DNA of 64,000 bases from Candidatus Latescibacterota bacterium (GCA_965222605.1 OZ244960.1:5184001-5248000), one strand, 5' to 3'. Shown: positions 21,917-32,728, numbered from the stretch's first letter. Program-made: numbers and translations. Notes: generated by a model not told the origin, from the sequence alone.

Positions 21917-24201
21917 AATTCCTCTCCTTCCGTCACCGTGAGGACCTGATTCACCTGGAGATTCTCAAATCGTTGAACCACACCGCTCGGCCATCGAATC
22001 TCCAGAAGGTCCACGCGCTTGTTGGATCCCAACCCGAACTCCAACGGAAGGCTATTCGTGGATCCGAAGCCGCATCCTCCGCTGACCTCTGAGTACAATA
22101 ACAGCGAACCCGCACGCACGGTCACCGCCGCCCCGATCCCATCCCGGTTGCTCCGAGTTCCAACCGTTTTAACCACCAGCCAGGCGTTGGAATTCCCTTC
22201 GTTGCGATATAAGCGATTCACCCATTGATCCCCTATGAATGCCCCTCCAACGGGGACGTAAATATCCAAATCACCGTCACTATCATAATCTGCAAAGGTC
22301 ACACCATGCCCCTTTCCGACCTGTTCGACGATGGCGGTAGATGCGGTCACATCGGTGAAGGTTCCATCCCCGTTGTTGTGGTAAAGAGCATCGGGTTCTA
22401 ACCGCCCCATCTCCGGGCCCCCGTTGGCCAGGTAGAGGTCCTGATATCCATCCTGGTCAATATCGCCAAAGTTGGCTCCCATTGACCCGAAGGCCTTGTT
22501 CAGCCCCGCCTGGATGGTCACATCGGTGAAGGTTCCATCCCCGTTGTTGCGGTAAAGCACGGGCGTGCTATAATAGGCGTCCGGGCCAGTTTCTCCGTCA
22601 ACCTGACTCTGGATATAATCGGTGAAATCGGCCATAGATGAAAAGAAAAGATCGAGATCTGCATCGTTGTCATAGTCCAAAAAGAACGTCACAAACCCCT
22701 TCCGCCTTGAGGCGACTCCAGCTCGCTCGCTCACATCTGTAAATGTACCATCTCCATTGTTGTGATAAAGGACATTGGGCTCCGTATGATTGACGACATA
22801 CAGGTCCAGATAGCCATCTTTATCGTAATCTCCAAAGGCTGTCCCGATAGCCGATCTGGTGTCTGCAACACCTGCTTGAGCGGCAACATTGGTGAAACTG
22901 CCGTCGCCATTGTTGTGATAGAGCACGTTGGGTGACGCATCCCCGACCACACCGTTGGCAATGTAAAGGTCGAGAGCTCCATCATTGTTGTAGTCCCCCC
23001 AGGCAGCGCCAAAGCCCGACCCGGAATCTCCTGCGCCAGCACTCGCCGTCACATCGTCAAAGGTGCCATCCCCATTGTTCCGGTAGAGCGAATTCGGCTT
23101 CTTGCCAAACCAGCCGTCCCGGGTTACGTAGAGATCCAGGTCCCCGTCATTGTCGTAGTCGGCAAACAGAGACGCGAAACCTCCCGGCATATCGGCCAAT
23201 CCCGCACGAGCGGCCACGTCGGTAAAGCTACCGTCCCCGTTGTTCCGGTAAAGGACCTGAGGCGAATAATGTCCCAGGGCAAAAATATCCTGGTCTCCAT
23301 CGTTGTCATAGTCTCCCCAGGCACTGCCTCGTCCGCCGTCCACCTTTGCAACCCCGACCTGGGCAGCAACGTCGGTGAACCGGACGGGGGGATTGCCGAT
23401 ATCCTCGTGGAAAAGACTGAGTCTGTATCTCTCCTCCAAATCCTCTGGATATCCGCCTTCCCGATCGTAGGCGAGTTTAAGGGCCCATTTGGACTCCAGG
23501 CTACCCGGCCTGGTTTTAAGGGCTTCTTTCAAAGCGGGAATGGCCTTGCGGTAATTCTGGCTTCGGAGATAGGCAACCCCGAGTTGATATTGGGCTTCAA
23601 AATGCTGGGGATAATGCAGGATAATTGATGCGAAGCGCTCTGCAGCTTCAGAAAATTGACCGAGTCTGAGTTCGACGATACCCAGCTGAAAGGAAGCGCC
23701 CACATGATCGGGATTCACCTCCAGCACCTTCTCAAACTGCCTCTTGGCCTCCTCCAGGTTGGGAAGCATCCCTCCCGCGATCCCCAGAAGGTAGCCGACC
23801 TTCATCCGTGCATCCGCAGGGATACCGTCTGGATCGGTCAAAAGCACCTGCTGGATCTCCTGTCGGGAGTCGAAGAACCGCCCCTCAGTCGCCAGAACCT
23901 CCGCAAGCACCAAACGGGCTTCGACCCGGTCCGGCTCGATCTCGAGCGCCTGGTGGAGCACATCGGCCGCTCGCCCCAACATCTGCTGCCTCAGATAGAT
24001 CTCTCCCAGTTGCACACGGGCATCGTAGTGGGAAGAGTCGATCTCCAGACAGCGACGAAATGCCTGGATCGCCTGATTGTACCGGCTCTGATCCATAGAT
24101 TCGACCCCGCGCCGATAATGTGCCTCGATCTCCTCCTGGTCCGAAGTTAGGGCCCAGACCGGAACCGCGATCAGCAACAACAAGAAAACCCGCATTTCCA
24201 T
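21913..24201 (-). CDS. Secreted TPR + FG-GAP propeller + ASPIC/UnbV protein
   Basis: Signal peptide, N-terminal TPRs, repeated GDYDNDG motifs, C-terminal SNRDGIGA...FGLG...IRWPSG. Confidence 0.9.
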   Translation of the reverse strand: MEMRVFLLLLIAVPVWALTSDQEEIEAHYRRGVESMDQSRYNQAIQAFRRCLEIDSSHYDARVQLGEIYLRQQMLGRAADVLHQALEIEPDRVEARLVLAEVLATEGRFFDSRQEIQQVLLTDPDGIPADARMKVGYLLGIAGGMLPNLEEAKRQFEKVLEVNPDHVGASFQLGIVELRLGQFSEAAERFASIILHYPQHFEAQYQLGVAYLRSQNYRKAIPALKEALKTRPGSLESKWALKLAYDREGGYPEDLEERYRLSLFHEDIGNPPVRFTDVAAQVGVAKVDGGRGSAWGDYDNDGDQDIFALGHYSPQVLYRNNGDGSFTDVAARAGLADMPGGFASLFADYDNDGDLDLYVTRDGWFGKKPNSLYRNNGDGTFDDVTASAGAGDSGSGFGAAWGDYNNDGALDLYIANGVVGDASPNVLYHNNGDGSFTNVAAQAGVADTRSAIGTAFGDYDKDGYLDLYVVNHTEPNVLYHNNGDGTFTDVSERAGVASRRKGFVTFFLDYDNDADLDLFFSSMADFTDYIQSQVDGETGPDAYYSTPVLYRNNGDGTFTDVTIQAGLNKAFGSMGANFGDIDQDGYQDLYLANGGPEMGRLEPDALYHNNGDGTFTDVTASTAIVEQVGKGHGVTFADYDSDGDLDIYVPVGGAFIGDQWVNRLYRNEGNSNAWLVVKTVGTRSNRDGIGAAVTVRAGSLLLYSEVSGGCGFGSTNSLPLEFGLGSNKRVDLLEIRWPSGVVQRFENLQVNQVLTVTEGEEL

Positions 24202-24231
24202 CCTCCATCTCTATTCAGGTTGAAACAGGGT

Positions 24232-25359
24232 TCAGCTATCCCATCCGTTCGAAATCAGGGCCGCTCCCGTCTCCTTGTCGAAAAAGTGCATCTCGGCCAG
24301 ATCGAACGCCAGGTGAACCGGTTCACCGACTGCCGGAATCCAATCCGTATAGATGCGGGCGACAAACCGCGTATCTTCCGCCCTCAGGTAGAGATAGGTC
24401 TCGTTTCCCATCGGTTCTACCACCTCAACGCTGGCGCGGACCTCCTCTCGTTCCCGGGGCCCGTAGGGTGCAGACGCCTCGACGATATGTTCCGGCCGGA
24501 TGCCCAGTACCAGATCCCGGCCGATGTAGGCTTGCAGGCAACTGGCACATCGCTCTGGAATGGGGAAGCAGATGGCACCGCTGGAAAAGGCCACTCCTTC
24601 GTTTCGGATCAGTCTGCCCTCCAGAAAATTCATCGACGGGCTGCCGATAAAACCGGCCACAAACCGGTTGACCGGATGCCGGTAGAGATCGATCGGAGAA
24701 CCAATCTGCTGGATCCGGCCCTCTCGCATCGCTACAATCCGCTCTCCCATCGTCATCGCCTCGACCTGATCGTGGGTGACATAGATCATCGTCGCCTCCA
24801 GATGCATATGCAGCTTGCTGATCTCTGTGCGCATCTGGACGCGCAGCCTGGCATCCAGGTTCGACAGCGGCTCGTCGAACAGGAAGACCTTCGGTTTCCG
24901 AACGATAGCCCGCCCCACCGCCACGCGCTGTCGCTGTCCACCCGACAGCGCCTTTGGCTTCCGGTCAAGCAGGTCGCCGATCCCCAGAATATCTGCCGTC
25001 TCCCGTACCCGGGCGTCGATCTCCTCCTTCCGGTATTTCCGCAGCTTCAATCCGAAGGCCATATTCTGGTAAACGGTCATGTGGGGGTAGAGGGCGTAAT
25101 TCTGGAAGACCATGGCAATATCCCGATCTTTGGGCAGGAGGTCATTTGCCAGGATCCCCCCGATATAGATCTCTCCTCTGGTCACCTCCTCCAGGCCGGC
25201 GATCATCCGGAGGATCGTCGACTTCCCGCACCCGGACGGACCCACCAGGACCACAAGCTCTCCATCTTCCACCTGGAGATCGACATCCTCCACCGCCACC
25301 ACCGCTTTGTCGAACACCTTTCGCACACGCTTCAGAGTCACGCTCGCCATCGCTGCCAC
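24232..25359 (-). CDS. Carbohydrate ABC transporter ATPase (MalK/UgpC family)
   Basis: GPSGCGKST, VFQNYALYPHM, LSGGQRQR, DEPLSNLDA, C-terminal TOBE-like domain. Confidence 0.93.
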   Translation of the reverse strand: MAAMASVTLKRVRKVFDKAVVAVEDVDLQVEDGELVVLVGPSGCGKSTILRMIAGLEEVTRGEIYIGGILANDLLPKDRDIAMVFQNYALYPHMTVYQNMAFGLKLRKYRKEEIDARVRETADILGIGDLLDRKPKALSGGQRQRVAVGRAIVRKPKVFLFDEPLSNLDARLRVQMRTEISKLHMHLEATMIYVTHDQVEAMTMGERIVAMREGRIQQIGSPIDLYRHPVNRFVAGFIGSPSMNFLEGRLIRNEGVAFSSGAICFPIPERCASCLQAYIGRDLVLGIRPEHIVEASAPYGPREREEVRASVEVVEPMGNETYLYLRAEDTRFVARIYTDWIPAVGEPVHLAFDLAEMHFFDKETGAALISNGWDS

Positions 25360-25423
25360 TCATTCCTCTCTTTTCGCTGCCACGCATCTCTCTCCTGAGT
25401 TCCCGTCCGCCATCCGCTGGCTG

Positions 25424-26263
25424 TCACTCACCTTTGAGCGAACCGACCATCAGGCCGGAAACAAAATAGCGTAGCCCACTGAGGTACAAAAGAAGCATCG
25501 GAAAAACGGCCACGAGCAATCCTGCCATCGTCACCGGCACATTGACGCCGAATCGATCCCGAAAAACAGTGACCCCTACCATAAGCGTGCGCATATCGTC
25601 GGCCTGCAGGAGCACCAGGGAGATGAGCAACTCATTCCAGACCCACAGCGCGTTGACGACGGCCAGGGTGGCGATCGCCGGAAGGGACAGCGGCAGTACG
25701 AATTTGCGCAACATCAACCCGTGCGAACACCCATCGATCAGGGCTGCGTCGAAGATCCCCTGGGGCAGCCGGCTGAAGAAGCCAGTTAAAAAAAACGTGG
25801 TATAGGGCAACATAAACCCGCAATACACCGCAATGGCCGCCGGATAGGTGTTCACCAGGCCGATCTTTACCATAAAGACAAATAGCGGCACGATCATGGC
25901 GACGACCGGAACGGCCATCAGCGCCGAGGTCAGCCGGAAGAGCACGTGCCGGCCCGTGAAAGGGATCCGGGCGAAGGCGTAAGCTGCAAAGCACGAGATA
26001 CCGAGCGTCAAACCGACCGACGTGATTGTGAGAACGGCGCTGTTCAAAATCCACCGCGCAAACTTCGACTGGCCAAAGACAACGGCAAAATTGTTCAGCA
26101 CAGGCGAAGAGGGCAATCCCACCGGATCCTGGAAAAACGCCATCTGCTCTTTAAGAGCAGAAACCACCATAAAGTAGAGGGGTACGAGGGCCACGATGCA
26201 CAGCCCGAGCAGAACAAAGTGGCACACGGCCGACCGAACAAATCTTTGGACCATCGCGAGCAT
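25424..26263 (-). CDS. Carbohydrate ABC transporter permease (MalG-like)
   Basis: 6 TM, DAALIDG EAA loop, WNE motif. Confidence 0.9.
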   Translation of the reverse strand: MLAMVQRFVRSAVCHFVLLGLCIVALVPLYFMVVSALKEQMAFFQDPVGLPSSPVLNNFAVVFGQSKFARWILNSAVLTITSVGLTLGISCFAAYAFARIPFTGRHVLFRLTSALMAVPVVAMIVPLFVFMVKIGLVNTYPAAIAVYCGFMLPYTTFFLTGFFSRLPQGIFDAALIDGCSHGLMLRKFVLPLSLPAIATLAVVNALWVWNELLISLVLLQADDMRTLMVGVTVFRDRFGVNVPVTMAGLLVAVFPMLLLYLSGLRYFVSGLMVGSLKGE

Positions 26264-26266
26264 CCT

Positions 26267-27154
26267 CTACTCGAAGATTTCCACCCGGCGCAGCAGGCTG
26301 AAAAGGCCGGACAGGCCCACAGCGACGAGCAACACCACGACAAACGAACAGGCGGAGGCAACGCCGATCTCGTCGTAGCTGAAAGCCCGCTGGTAGATAT
26401 AAAATTCACTCACGTAGGTGGTGAAGCCGGGCCCGCCCCGGGTCAATACAAAGATATAATTGAATACCCAGCTGAACAGCTGAACCATCATAACGCTCGC
26501 GTAAAACAGAATCACTGTACTCAGCTGCGGAACCGTAACGTAATAAAGCGTCTGCCACCAGCCAGCCCCATCGATACGCGCACTCTCGTAGAGTTCGCCC
26601 GGAACCTGCATCAGGCGGGCCAGAAAAAGGACGATGCCCAACCCCAATTCCCGCCAGACGATCACACCCCCTACGGTAAAAAAAGCAAGCTGTGGGTCTC
26701 CCAGCCAATCCTGGCGCAGTCCGTCCAGGCCGGCGACAGCAAGGACCCTGTTGACCAGACCGCGGTACTGAAGGATGTAACCAAACGCGATGCCGGTAAC
26801 CACAATCGGTATCATGTACGGGAGAAAAATGAAAAATCTGTACACCTGCCAGCCCCTGAGCCGCTCGTACAGAAGGGACGCAAAAACCAGAGACAGAACA
26901 ACGAGAATCGGTATCAGAAAGAACAACCCAACATTGTTCCACAACGCCTGCCAGAAGATCGGATCGTCCAGCAAGCGCCAGTAGTTGTCCAGCGCGGTCC
27001 ACACACCGGTCCCTCTATGACGCAGGCTGAATTCGATAACCTTCGCCATAGGGTATGCATACACGAAGGCGAGAACGGCAAGGGCGGGAACGAGAAAGGT
27101 GTACCCCGCACGATTTGCCCACTGTATCATCACACACTGTCTCCTGGCCTGCAT
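26267..27154 (-). CDS. Carbohydrate ABC transporter permease (MalF-like)
   Basis: ELYESARIDGA, LTRGGPG. Confidence 0.9.
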   Translation of the reverse strand: MQARRQCVMIQWANRAGYTFLVPALAVLAFVYAYPMAKVIEFSLRHRGTGVWTALDNYWRLLDDPIFWQALWNNVGLFFLIPILVVLSLVFASLLYERLRGWQVYRFFIFLPYMIPIVVTGIAFGYILQYRGLVNRVLAVAGLDGLRQDWLGDPQLAFFTVGGVIVWRELGLGIVLFLARLMQVPGELYESARIDGAGWWQTLYYVTVPQLSTVILFYASVMMVQLFSWVFNYIFVLTRGGPGFTTYVSEFYIYQRAFSYDEIGVASACSFVVVLLVAVGLSGLFSLLRRVEIFE

Positions 27155-27157
27155 ACG

Positions 27158-28504
27158 CTACCTGGCCTCAGAAGCCCAGGTAGCGAGTTTTTCAACCGTA
27201 TCCACATTCGAATCCCGCCACCGATTGAGGAACTCGTCCACCTGCCCTGCCGCCTGATCTGCAGACAGCGCTCCGGCGAACAGGGACTGCACCGCCGGGA
27301 AAAGATTTTCCCGATCCATCTGAGGCGGCCAGTAGTTCTGATAATTTGTCATGCTCTCGCTCCCCATCCACGCGGCAATCGTGCGATCCTGTGACCGCAC
27401 AAGCCTGCTGCGATCGAAACGCTCGTCGGGTGGAATCGCTCCCGACAGGGCATGCATCCGATCCAGTCGTTCCGGGGTATGAAAGTAACAAAGCAGATCG
27501 GCCGCTTCTTCCTTGTGGTCCGACCACGAAGTCACAAGCAGCTGCTGTGCCGTATTCGGCATCCTACCCGCCAGCCTGCCGCTCCCGAACCTGGGAGGCA
27601 GCATGACACCCACGTTCTCCTCTCCCAGCATCTTGATGAAGTGGCTCACCTTGGTCTGGCCGGCAACGGCCATCGCCGCCTCTCCGGCCAGAAACAGGTT
27701 TTGAGCCTGATAGTATTCCAGCGAAGAGACATCCTGGTTGAAGACGCCCTTTCGAACCATCTCCTCCACGCGGTGCAGCCAGCTTGAATACAGAGGATCG
27801 GTAAACGGAACCTCGCCGGTAGCGGCCTTGAGAATATCGATAGAATCGTCCAATTCCTGCAAAATGAAGAGACTGCTAAAATTTCCAATACCACTCAGAC
27901 CCTTCACACCATACCCCCACGGCACAAAACCGGCAGCCCGCAGGCGATCTGCTGCCGACAGGAACGCATCCCAGGTGCGAGGCGGATGATCGGGATCCAG
28001 GCCCGCCCGGGCAAAAGCCGGCTTGCTGTAGACGAGCAGGAAGGGAAGCGCATACCAGGGGAGCCCGTAGACCTTCCCCTGAAAGGCGGTCTCCCGCAGA
28101 CTGCCGGGAAAAACAGGCTCCAGGTCGTCCTCGCTCAGCAGGTCGCTGATCGGATGCACATACCCCCGCCAGACGAACTGCATCGTGGATATCCCACCCC
28201 ACATATACTGAATATCGGGGCCCTGTCGGGCCTGTCCGGCGGAGGCAAATGACGGATAGAGCGATTCTGTAGCCTGCAGCACGGTTGCAATCTCAACGCC
28301 CGGATGCGCCGCCCTGTATCGGTGAACGGTCTCCCGCATCCACTGCTGCAGACCCGGCGCCTCCTGTTCGCCCCACCACCAGACGGTGAGATGAACCTCC
28401 GGTGCGGCCTGGACGCGGCCGGGCGTCAGCTGGGCAGCCAGAGACAGACCTGCCAGACCGGCAGTTGCTCGGCCGCTCCTTGCAAGGAACTCCCGCCGTG
28501 TCAT
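27158..28504 (-). CDS. Tat-exported sugar ABC substrate-binding protein
   Basis: TRREFL twin-arginine signal; GKVYGLPW and PPRTWD family-1 SBP motifs. Confidence 0.88.
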   Translation of the reverse strand: MTRREFLARSGRATAGLAGLSLAAQLTPGRVQAAPEVHLTVWWWGEQEAPGLQQWMRETVHRYRAAHPGVEIATVLQATESLYPSFASAGQARQGPDIQYMWGGISTMQFVWRGYVHPISDLLSEDDLEPVFPGSLRETAFQGKVYGLPWYALPFLLVYSKPAFARAGLDPDHPPRTWDAFLSAADRLRAAGFVPWGYGVKGLSGIGNFSSLFILQELDDSIDILKAATGEVPFTDPLYSSWLHRVEEMVRKGVFNQDVSSLEYYQAQNLFLAGEAAMAVAGQTKVSHFIKMLGEENVGVMLPPRFGSGRLAGRMPNTAQQLLVTSWSDHKEEAADLLCYFHTPERLDRMHALSGAIPPDERFDRSRLVRSQDRTIAAWMGSESMTNYQNYWPPQMDRENLFPAVQSLFAGALSADQAAGQVDEFLNRWRDSNVDTVEKLATWASEAR

Positions 28505-29742
28505 TATAGCTCGTCCGAGTTCTGGTGTGCAGTAGGTAGCGGTCCAAACTGCTTGACGGCGTCGCTTCTGTCCACGATATCCGGCACCTGGACCGGCCTG
28601 CCCTCGTAGATCGACTGCACCGCACAGATCGCCCCAGCGCAGGAACGGGCGCTCTCATAGACGTTGCACGGCGGTTGATAGTCCTCCAGGATGGCATTCA
28701 CCAGATCCAGGTCGGCCAGGTACTCCGTGCCGCCGTGGCCTACCCTCTTGGAGATTTCCTCATCCACAATCAGCGGCGGCACCTCGATCTTCACCATCCC
28801 GTGTTCCGGCTGCTCCTTTGCAGCCCCGTCCTCCTGTTTGACGGACTCCGTGTACATCCACCCATAGACACCCCTGCTATAATTCGGATCTTCGTCGGCA
28901 AAGCAGCCATAGACACCCGGCCCATCGGGAGGATGGGGCAGACGGCCGGAGGTCTCCAGCGTGCCCTTCGTCCCGTACACGGCGGCATACTCTATCGTGG
29001 GCCGCTTCGGCCCCTTTGAACAGACGCATCGGGCAATCGCACCGCTCGCCGTTTTGAACAGCGCCACTTCGTGATCGTACACCTGTCGATAGGGCATATT
29101 CTTCTTGTTTCCGTACCCGAACACCTCGACAAATTGCTCTCCCATTAACCAGTACGCATTATCCACGGCATACAGACCGCCGCCGGCGTTGATCGATCCC
29201 TGGGCCAGTTCTCCCAGCCCCCATCGGAAGGTCGGAGAACCATCCTGCCGGACGGTAATTCCCCCGATGTCGTGGACATATTCCGTCTCCACATAATAGA
29301 TCTCCCCAAGCTTCCCCTGTTCGATCAACCGCTTCATATGCACCGTCGGTGCCATCCACCGGAGTTGATTGTCCATCTGGACCTTCAGATTGCGCCTTTC
29401 AGACATATACACAATCTTCCAGAGCGTCTCCAGGGACTGGTTCTCCATTGGCACCTCAACCATAACGTGCTTCCAGTGGTCCAGTGCCGCAAGGGTGTGC
29501 TTTCCGTGCAGGTGGCAGGGCGTGCAGAGGGCCACCAGGTCCACGTCCTTTTCGGCAAGCACATCGGCGTATCGGGTGGTCCACTTGCCAATGCCGTGTT
29601 CCTCTGCCGCGGCCCTGGCCCGCTCCTCAACGACATCGCAGACCATCACCACCTCCGTCTGATCGATGTACTCGTTAAACACCCGAACGTGTGCCCTCCC
29701 ATGGCCCATCCCGACCACAGCAACCTTCAATGTCTTTGCCAT
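28504..29742 (-). CDS. Gfo/Idh/MocA protein, GH109-like subtype
   Basis: Rossmann VVGMGHG, EVP instead of EKP, EYVHD, VGHGG. Confidence 0.82.
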   Translation of the reverse strand: MAKTLKVAVVGMGHGRAHVRVFNEYIDQTEVVMVCDVVEERARAAAEEHGIGKWTTRYADVLAEKDVDLVALCTPCHLHGKHTLAALDHWKHVMVEVPMENQSLETLWKIVYMSERRNLKVQMDNQLRWMAPTVHMKRLIEQGKLGEIYYVETEYVHDIGGITVRQDGSPTFRWGLGELAQGSINAGGGLYAVDNAYWLMGEQFVEVFGYGNKKNMPYRQVYDHEVALFKTASGAIARCVCSKGPKRPTIEYAAVYGTKGTLETSGRLPHPPDGPGVYGCFADEDPNYSRGVYGWMYTESVKQEDGAAKEQPEHGMVKIEVPPLIVDEEISKRVGHGGTEYLADLDLVNAILEDYQPPCNVYESARSCAGAICAVQSIYEGRPVQVPDIVDRSDAVKQFGPLPTAHQNSDEL

Positions 29743-29796
29743 CGCCTGTTTCTCCTTCTGATCATGGTCAACCGCTCAAGCGCGTGCCATAAGGCT

Positions 29797-31812
29797 TTAG
29801 TCTGCGTGGATATGGTGGCCGCTACCAGGGAACCAGATCGCATCCACGAGAATTGTCAGGGCGACTCCCAGCGCCCAGCCGACCAGGATGCCGATAAAAA
29901 ACGGCCTGGACCGCCTGTAGAGCGCCGCATCTCCGATCTTTATAAAGATCCATTTAAACGCCCAGGCCAGAAAGATGGAAAAGGTCATTCGGTAGCTGAA
30001 ATAGGTGGATGAAATCGCAAATCCAATCGGATGGATCGGCCAGCCGGAAAATCGATACCGCAAGAACGTCATCACAGCCATAACCCCGGCGCCGATCCAG
30101 AAGAACTGCAGCTTCTCCCAGTCGGTCGGAAATGGCGATTGCATATACACGACCACGTCGTTGAGGACCTTCGGCGCAGCGGAATTGATCTTCCAGGAGT
30201 TAAAGTTGTAGGCCCCGTGGGCATACCCCAGGTAAAGGGTTTCCCACACTGAGCAGAGCAGAGAAACAAACAGCGCCAGACCGGTGCAGACCAGAATTCC
30301 CTTCCTGGAACGTGCGGCCACATCCGCCACCTTTCCCACCTGGGTCAATACCGGCATGAACAGCCCCGTCCCCCGGGCCACTAAGGAGTATGTGAAGGTC
30401 AAGGCGGTCAGGGTGGCCCCCGAGGTCGTCTCGGTCCCCAGCACAAACAGCGTGGAATACTGCGCCGTCATTGGTGCCCGCACGTAAGCCAGGCCGGTCT
30501 CGGCCACGATTCTCGACACCCCGATGTAGATGACGAGAGTGGAAACCGTCAACACCAGTGCCATCTTGTAGCTCATCCCTGCGCTGTGTAGCCAGAAGAG
30601 AATGAATACTATACCCAGGATAAATCCAAACACGACGGTCCGATAGGACATCATCTCGTCGCCGTCCTCGGCGAGACTGGCATCCCCGAAGGCACCGCGC
30701 ACTATATTCTTCAGGTGGTGCCGCGCTGTCCATAGCACCCAGAACACCATACACCAGAACGCTCCCCAACACTGCCAGCCGGTGGCCGCGCTGTAGGACG
30801 ACCAGTACGCTCCTTCCCCAGCGCTGTAGCCGATGCGGTTGAAGATGGAGGCCTCGACAATAAAGATCAGAAAGAAGAACCAGATGCTGAACAGCACCTC
30901 TAAGTTCGCAAAAAAACCGAACGCCATCGCAAAAAAGTGGATGTTCAGGTTTATACCCGGCGCACCCTGGTAAAGAACCACGTTTCCTCCACCCAGGGGA
31001 ATGACCGGGAGGCCCGGGACAAGATAGGTCAGGATGTTCCAGCAGACGATCCCAAACGGAATCGCCACCCCGGCCCAGAACAGTTTTCCCTGCATGAACT
31101 CCGGCCTGAAGCCGACTGCTCCGGATTTCGTCGCCATCTCAATTCCGACACTCACCAGGGGGTAGCCCAGCTTCTCGTGGTGGGTCCACTGTCTTCTCAA
31201 TGCCACCACGATGCACGCCGAAACCAGCGTCACCGCCGCAATGAAACAGACCCACCAGAACAGGGGGACTACCCACACCTCCCAGGGAATACGCTCTCCT
31301 GCCGGCAAACCCTCGAAAAACCACGTCATCGCGCCGGTCTGGTCGGACGGGGCCAGCCAGTCGGAGATGTAGTTGTGAAAATATGGTTCCCACCGGTTCT
31401 CTGGCGTGGCAAAGTAGTACGGAGAGGAAATGATCGCCAGCCAAAAGCCCGTCAGTTGCCATGTCGGCAACACGCTCCCGGCCATCACCATCGCCAGGAT
31501 GATCAGCAGTTCGAAGGGCGAAAGCGGGCGCACAAAACCCAGACGGTCCAGAACGGCGTTCAAAACAACCAGGGCCAGGAAGCACAGAAAGGCAATCAGA
31601 GGAAAATGGCTCAAGTTGAGATACGAGGAGCGGATCACGTACTCGTCGTAGGTCAGAAACAGGCTGGCGAAGGCCGCGAAAAAAACGCCCAGAATCACCG
31701 ATCGAGCGGTAATCCCCTCCTTCTTCGCGGGTGCGGACAGATGCGTCTCATCTACGGCAGTCGATTCACTCGTCGCCCTGGAGGAAACGAAAACTGGTTC
31801 TCGGCTATTCAT
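29797..31812 (-). CDS. DUF6785/DUF6784-like polytopic membrane protein (putative transporter)
   Basis: Many TM helices; PYYFATPENRW, LRRQW..HEKL.YPL, RIVAETG, WPIHPIG. Confidence 0.75.
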   Translation of the reverse strand: MNSREPVFVSSRATSESTAVDETHLSAPAKKEGITARSVILGVFFAAFASLFLTYDEYVIRSSYLNLSHFPLIAFLCFLALVVLNAVLDRLGFVRPLSPFELLIILAMVMAGSVLPTWQLTGFWLAIISSPYYFATPENRWEPYFHNYISDWLAPSDQTGAMTWFFEGLPAGERIPWEVWVVPLFWWVCFIAAVTLVSACIVVALRRQWTHHEKLGYPLVSVGIEMATKSGAVGFRPEFMQGKLFWAGVAIPFGIVCWNILTYLVPGLPVIPLGGGNVVLYQGAPGINLNIHFFAMAFGFFANLEVLFSIWFFFLIFIVEASIFNRIGYSAGEGAYWSSYSAATGWQCWGAFWCMVFWVLWTARHHLKNIVRGAFGDASLAEDGDEMMSYRTVVFGFILGIVFILFWLHSAGMSYKMALVLTVSTLVIYIGVSRIVAETGLAYVRAPMTAQYSTLFVLGTETTSGATLTALTFTYSLVARGTGLFMPVLTQVGKVADVAARSRKGILVCTGLALFVSLLCSVWETLYLGYAHGAYNFNSWKINSAAPKVLNDVVVYMQSPFPTDWEKLQFFWIGAGVMAVMTFLRYRFSGWPIHPIGFAISSTYFSYRMTFSIFLAWAFKWIFIKIGDAALYRRSRPFFIGILVGWALGVALTILVDAIWFPGSGHHIHAD

Positions 31813-32678
31813 AACCTATCTGCCCCAATGTCCATACCAGTATCTTCCCACAGATCAAGGCCTAACAGTGTTCGTCCCAGGGGAGACAGTTTCGCTGTCC
31901 GGCCAAGTTCGTGTTCCTTTTCTCTGCGAAGTTCCCAGCGCTTACCGGTTACTTCGATAACCAGACCCGCCAGACGATCTCGCCAGGCGTCAATCCGATG
32001 GTTCCGCACCTCTTGCTCTTCTTCCTGGGCAGGGTACATAGTGATGTATTGCGCTACTCTCGGAAGATCGGCCGTATTTGGACTGCTTCCGTGAGGCAGC
32101 GCACTGTGCCAGATAATAAGATCCCCCGCCCTGCCCGGAATCGGCCGCACGCCCAGGCTTTCGATATCCTGCTGCTGGGGATCGGCATCTGGCGGCAGGC
32201 TCTTCAGCCACGCCTCGATCTTTCTGTGAAAGCCGGGCACACAGGAGAACGCCCCCTGGTTGGGGGCAGTATCTGTTAGATAGAGCACACCCTGTACCCA
32301 AAATTCGATCGGCAAATCCAACGATGTATCCCAATGGAACCTGCCGGTGTATTTCCAGTCGTCCCGTTCCGGCGGATTTATACTGGCCCTATCGATGCTA
32401 ACCCACAGCTTCTTCGTCCCAAAAATCTCGGCGAACGCCTGATAGACGCGGGGGTACTGGCGATTGTCCCAAAGAGCCTGATCCTGGTACATTTCGACCA
32501 TAATACTCGCACGGGGAGGATTCGGGTACCAGCTTTCTGGATGATCGGGACTCATCCCCAGAAAATCCCAGACCTTTTGTTCGGCTGCCCTGACCTGATC
32601 TGAGGGAACGGCATTGGGAATAACAACATAACCGTTCTCTTCCCAAAAGGTTCGGTTTTCTGTACTTAAAACGGACAT
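31809..32678 (-). CDS. Phytanoyl-CoA dioxygenase (PhyH) family Fe(II)/2-oxoglutarate oxygenase
   Basis: HWD, QGVLYLTD, GDLIIWHSALPHG, PR; start at MSVL after GAGGAG. Confidence 0.88.
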   Translation of the reverse strand: MSVLSTENRTFWEENGYVVIPNAVPSDQVRAAEQKVWDFLGMSPDHPESWYPNPPRASIMVEMYQDQALWDNRQYPRVYQAFAEIFGTKKLWVSIDRASINPPERDDWKYTGRFHWDTSLDLPIEFWVQGVLYLTDTAPNQGAFSCVPGFHRKIEAWLKSLPPDADPQQQDIESLGVRPIPGRAGDLIIWHSALPHGSSPNTADLPRVAQYITMYPAQEEEQEVRNHRIDAWRDRLAGLVIEVTGKRWELRREKEHELGRTAKLSPLGRTLLGLDLWEDTGMDIGADRL

Positions 32679-32728
32679 CTCCTCAATCTCCTTCGCTTTG
32701 GCGGCCGACGACCATTCCGCCACAACCA

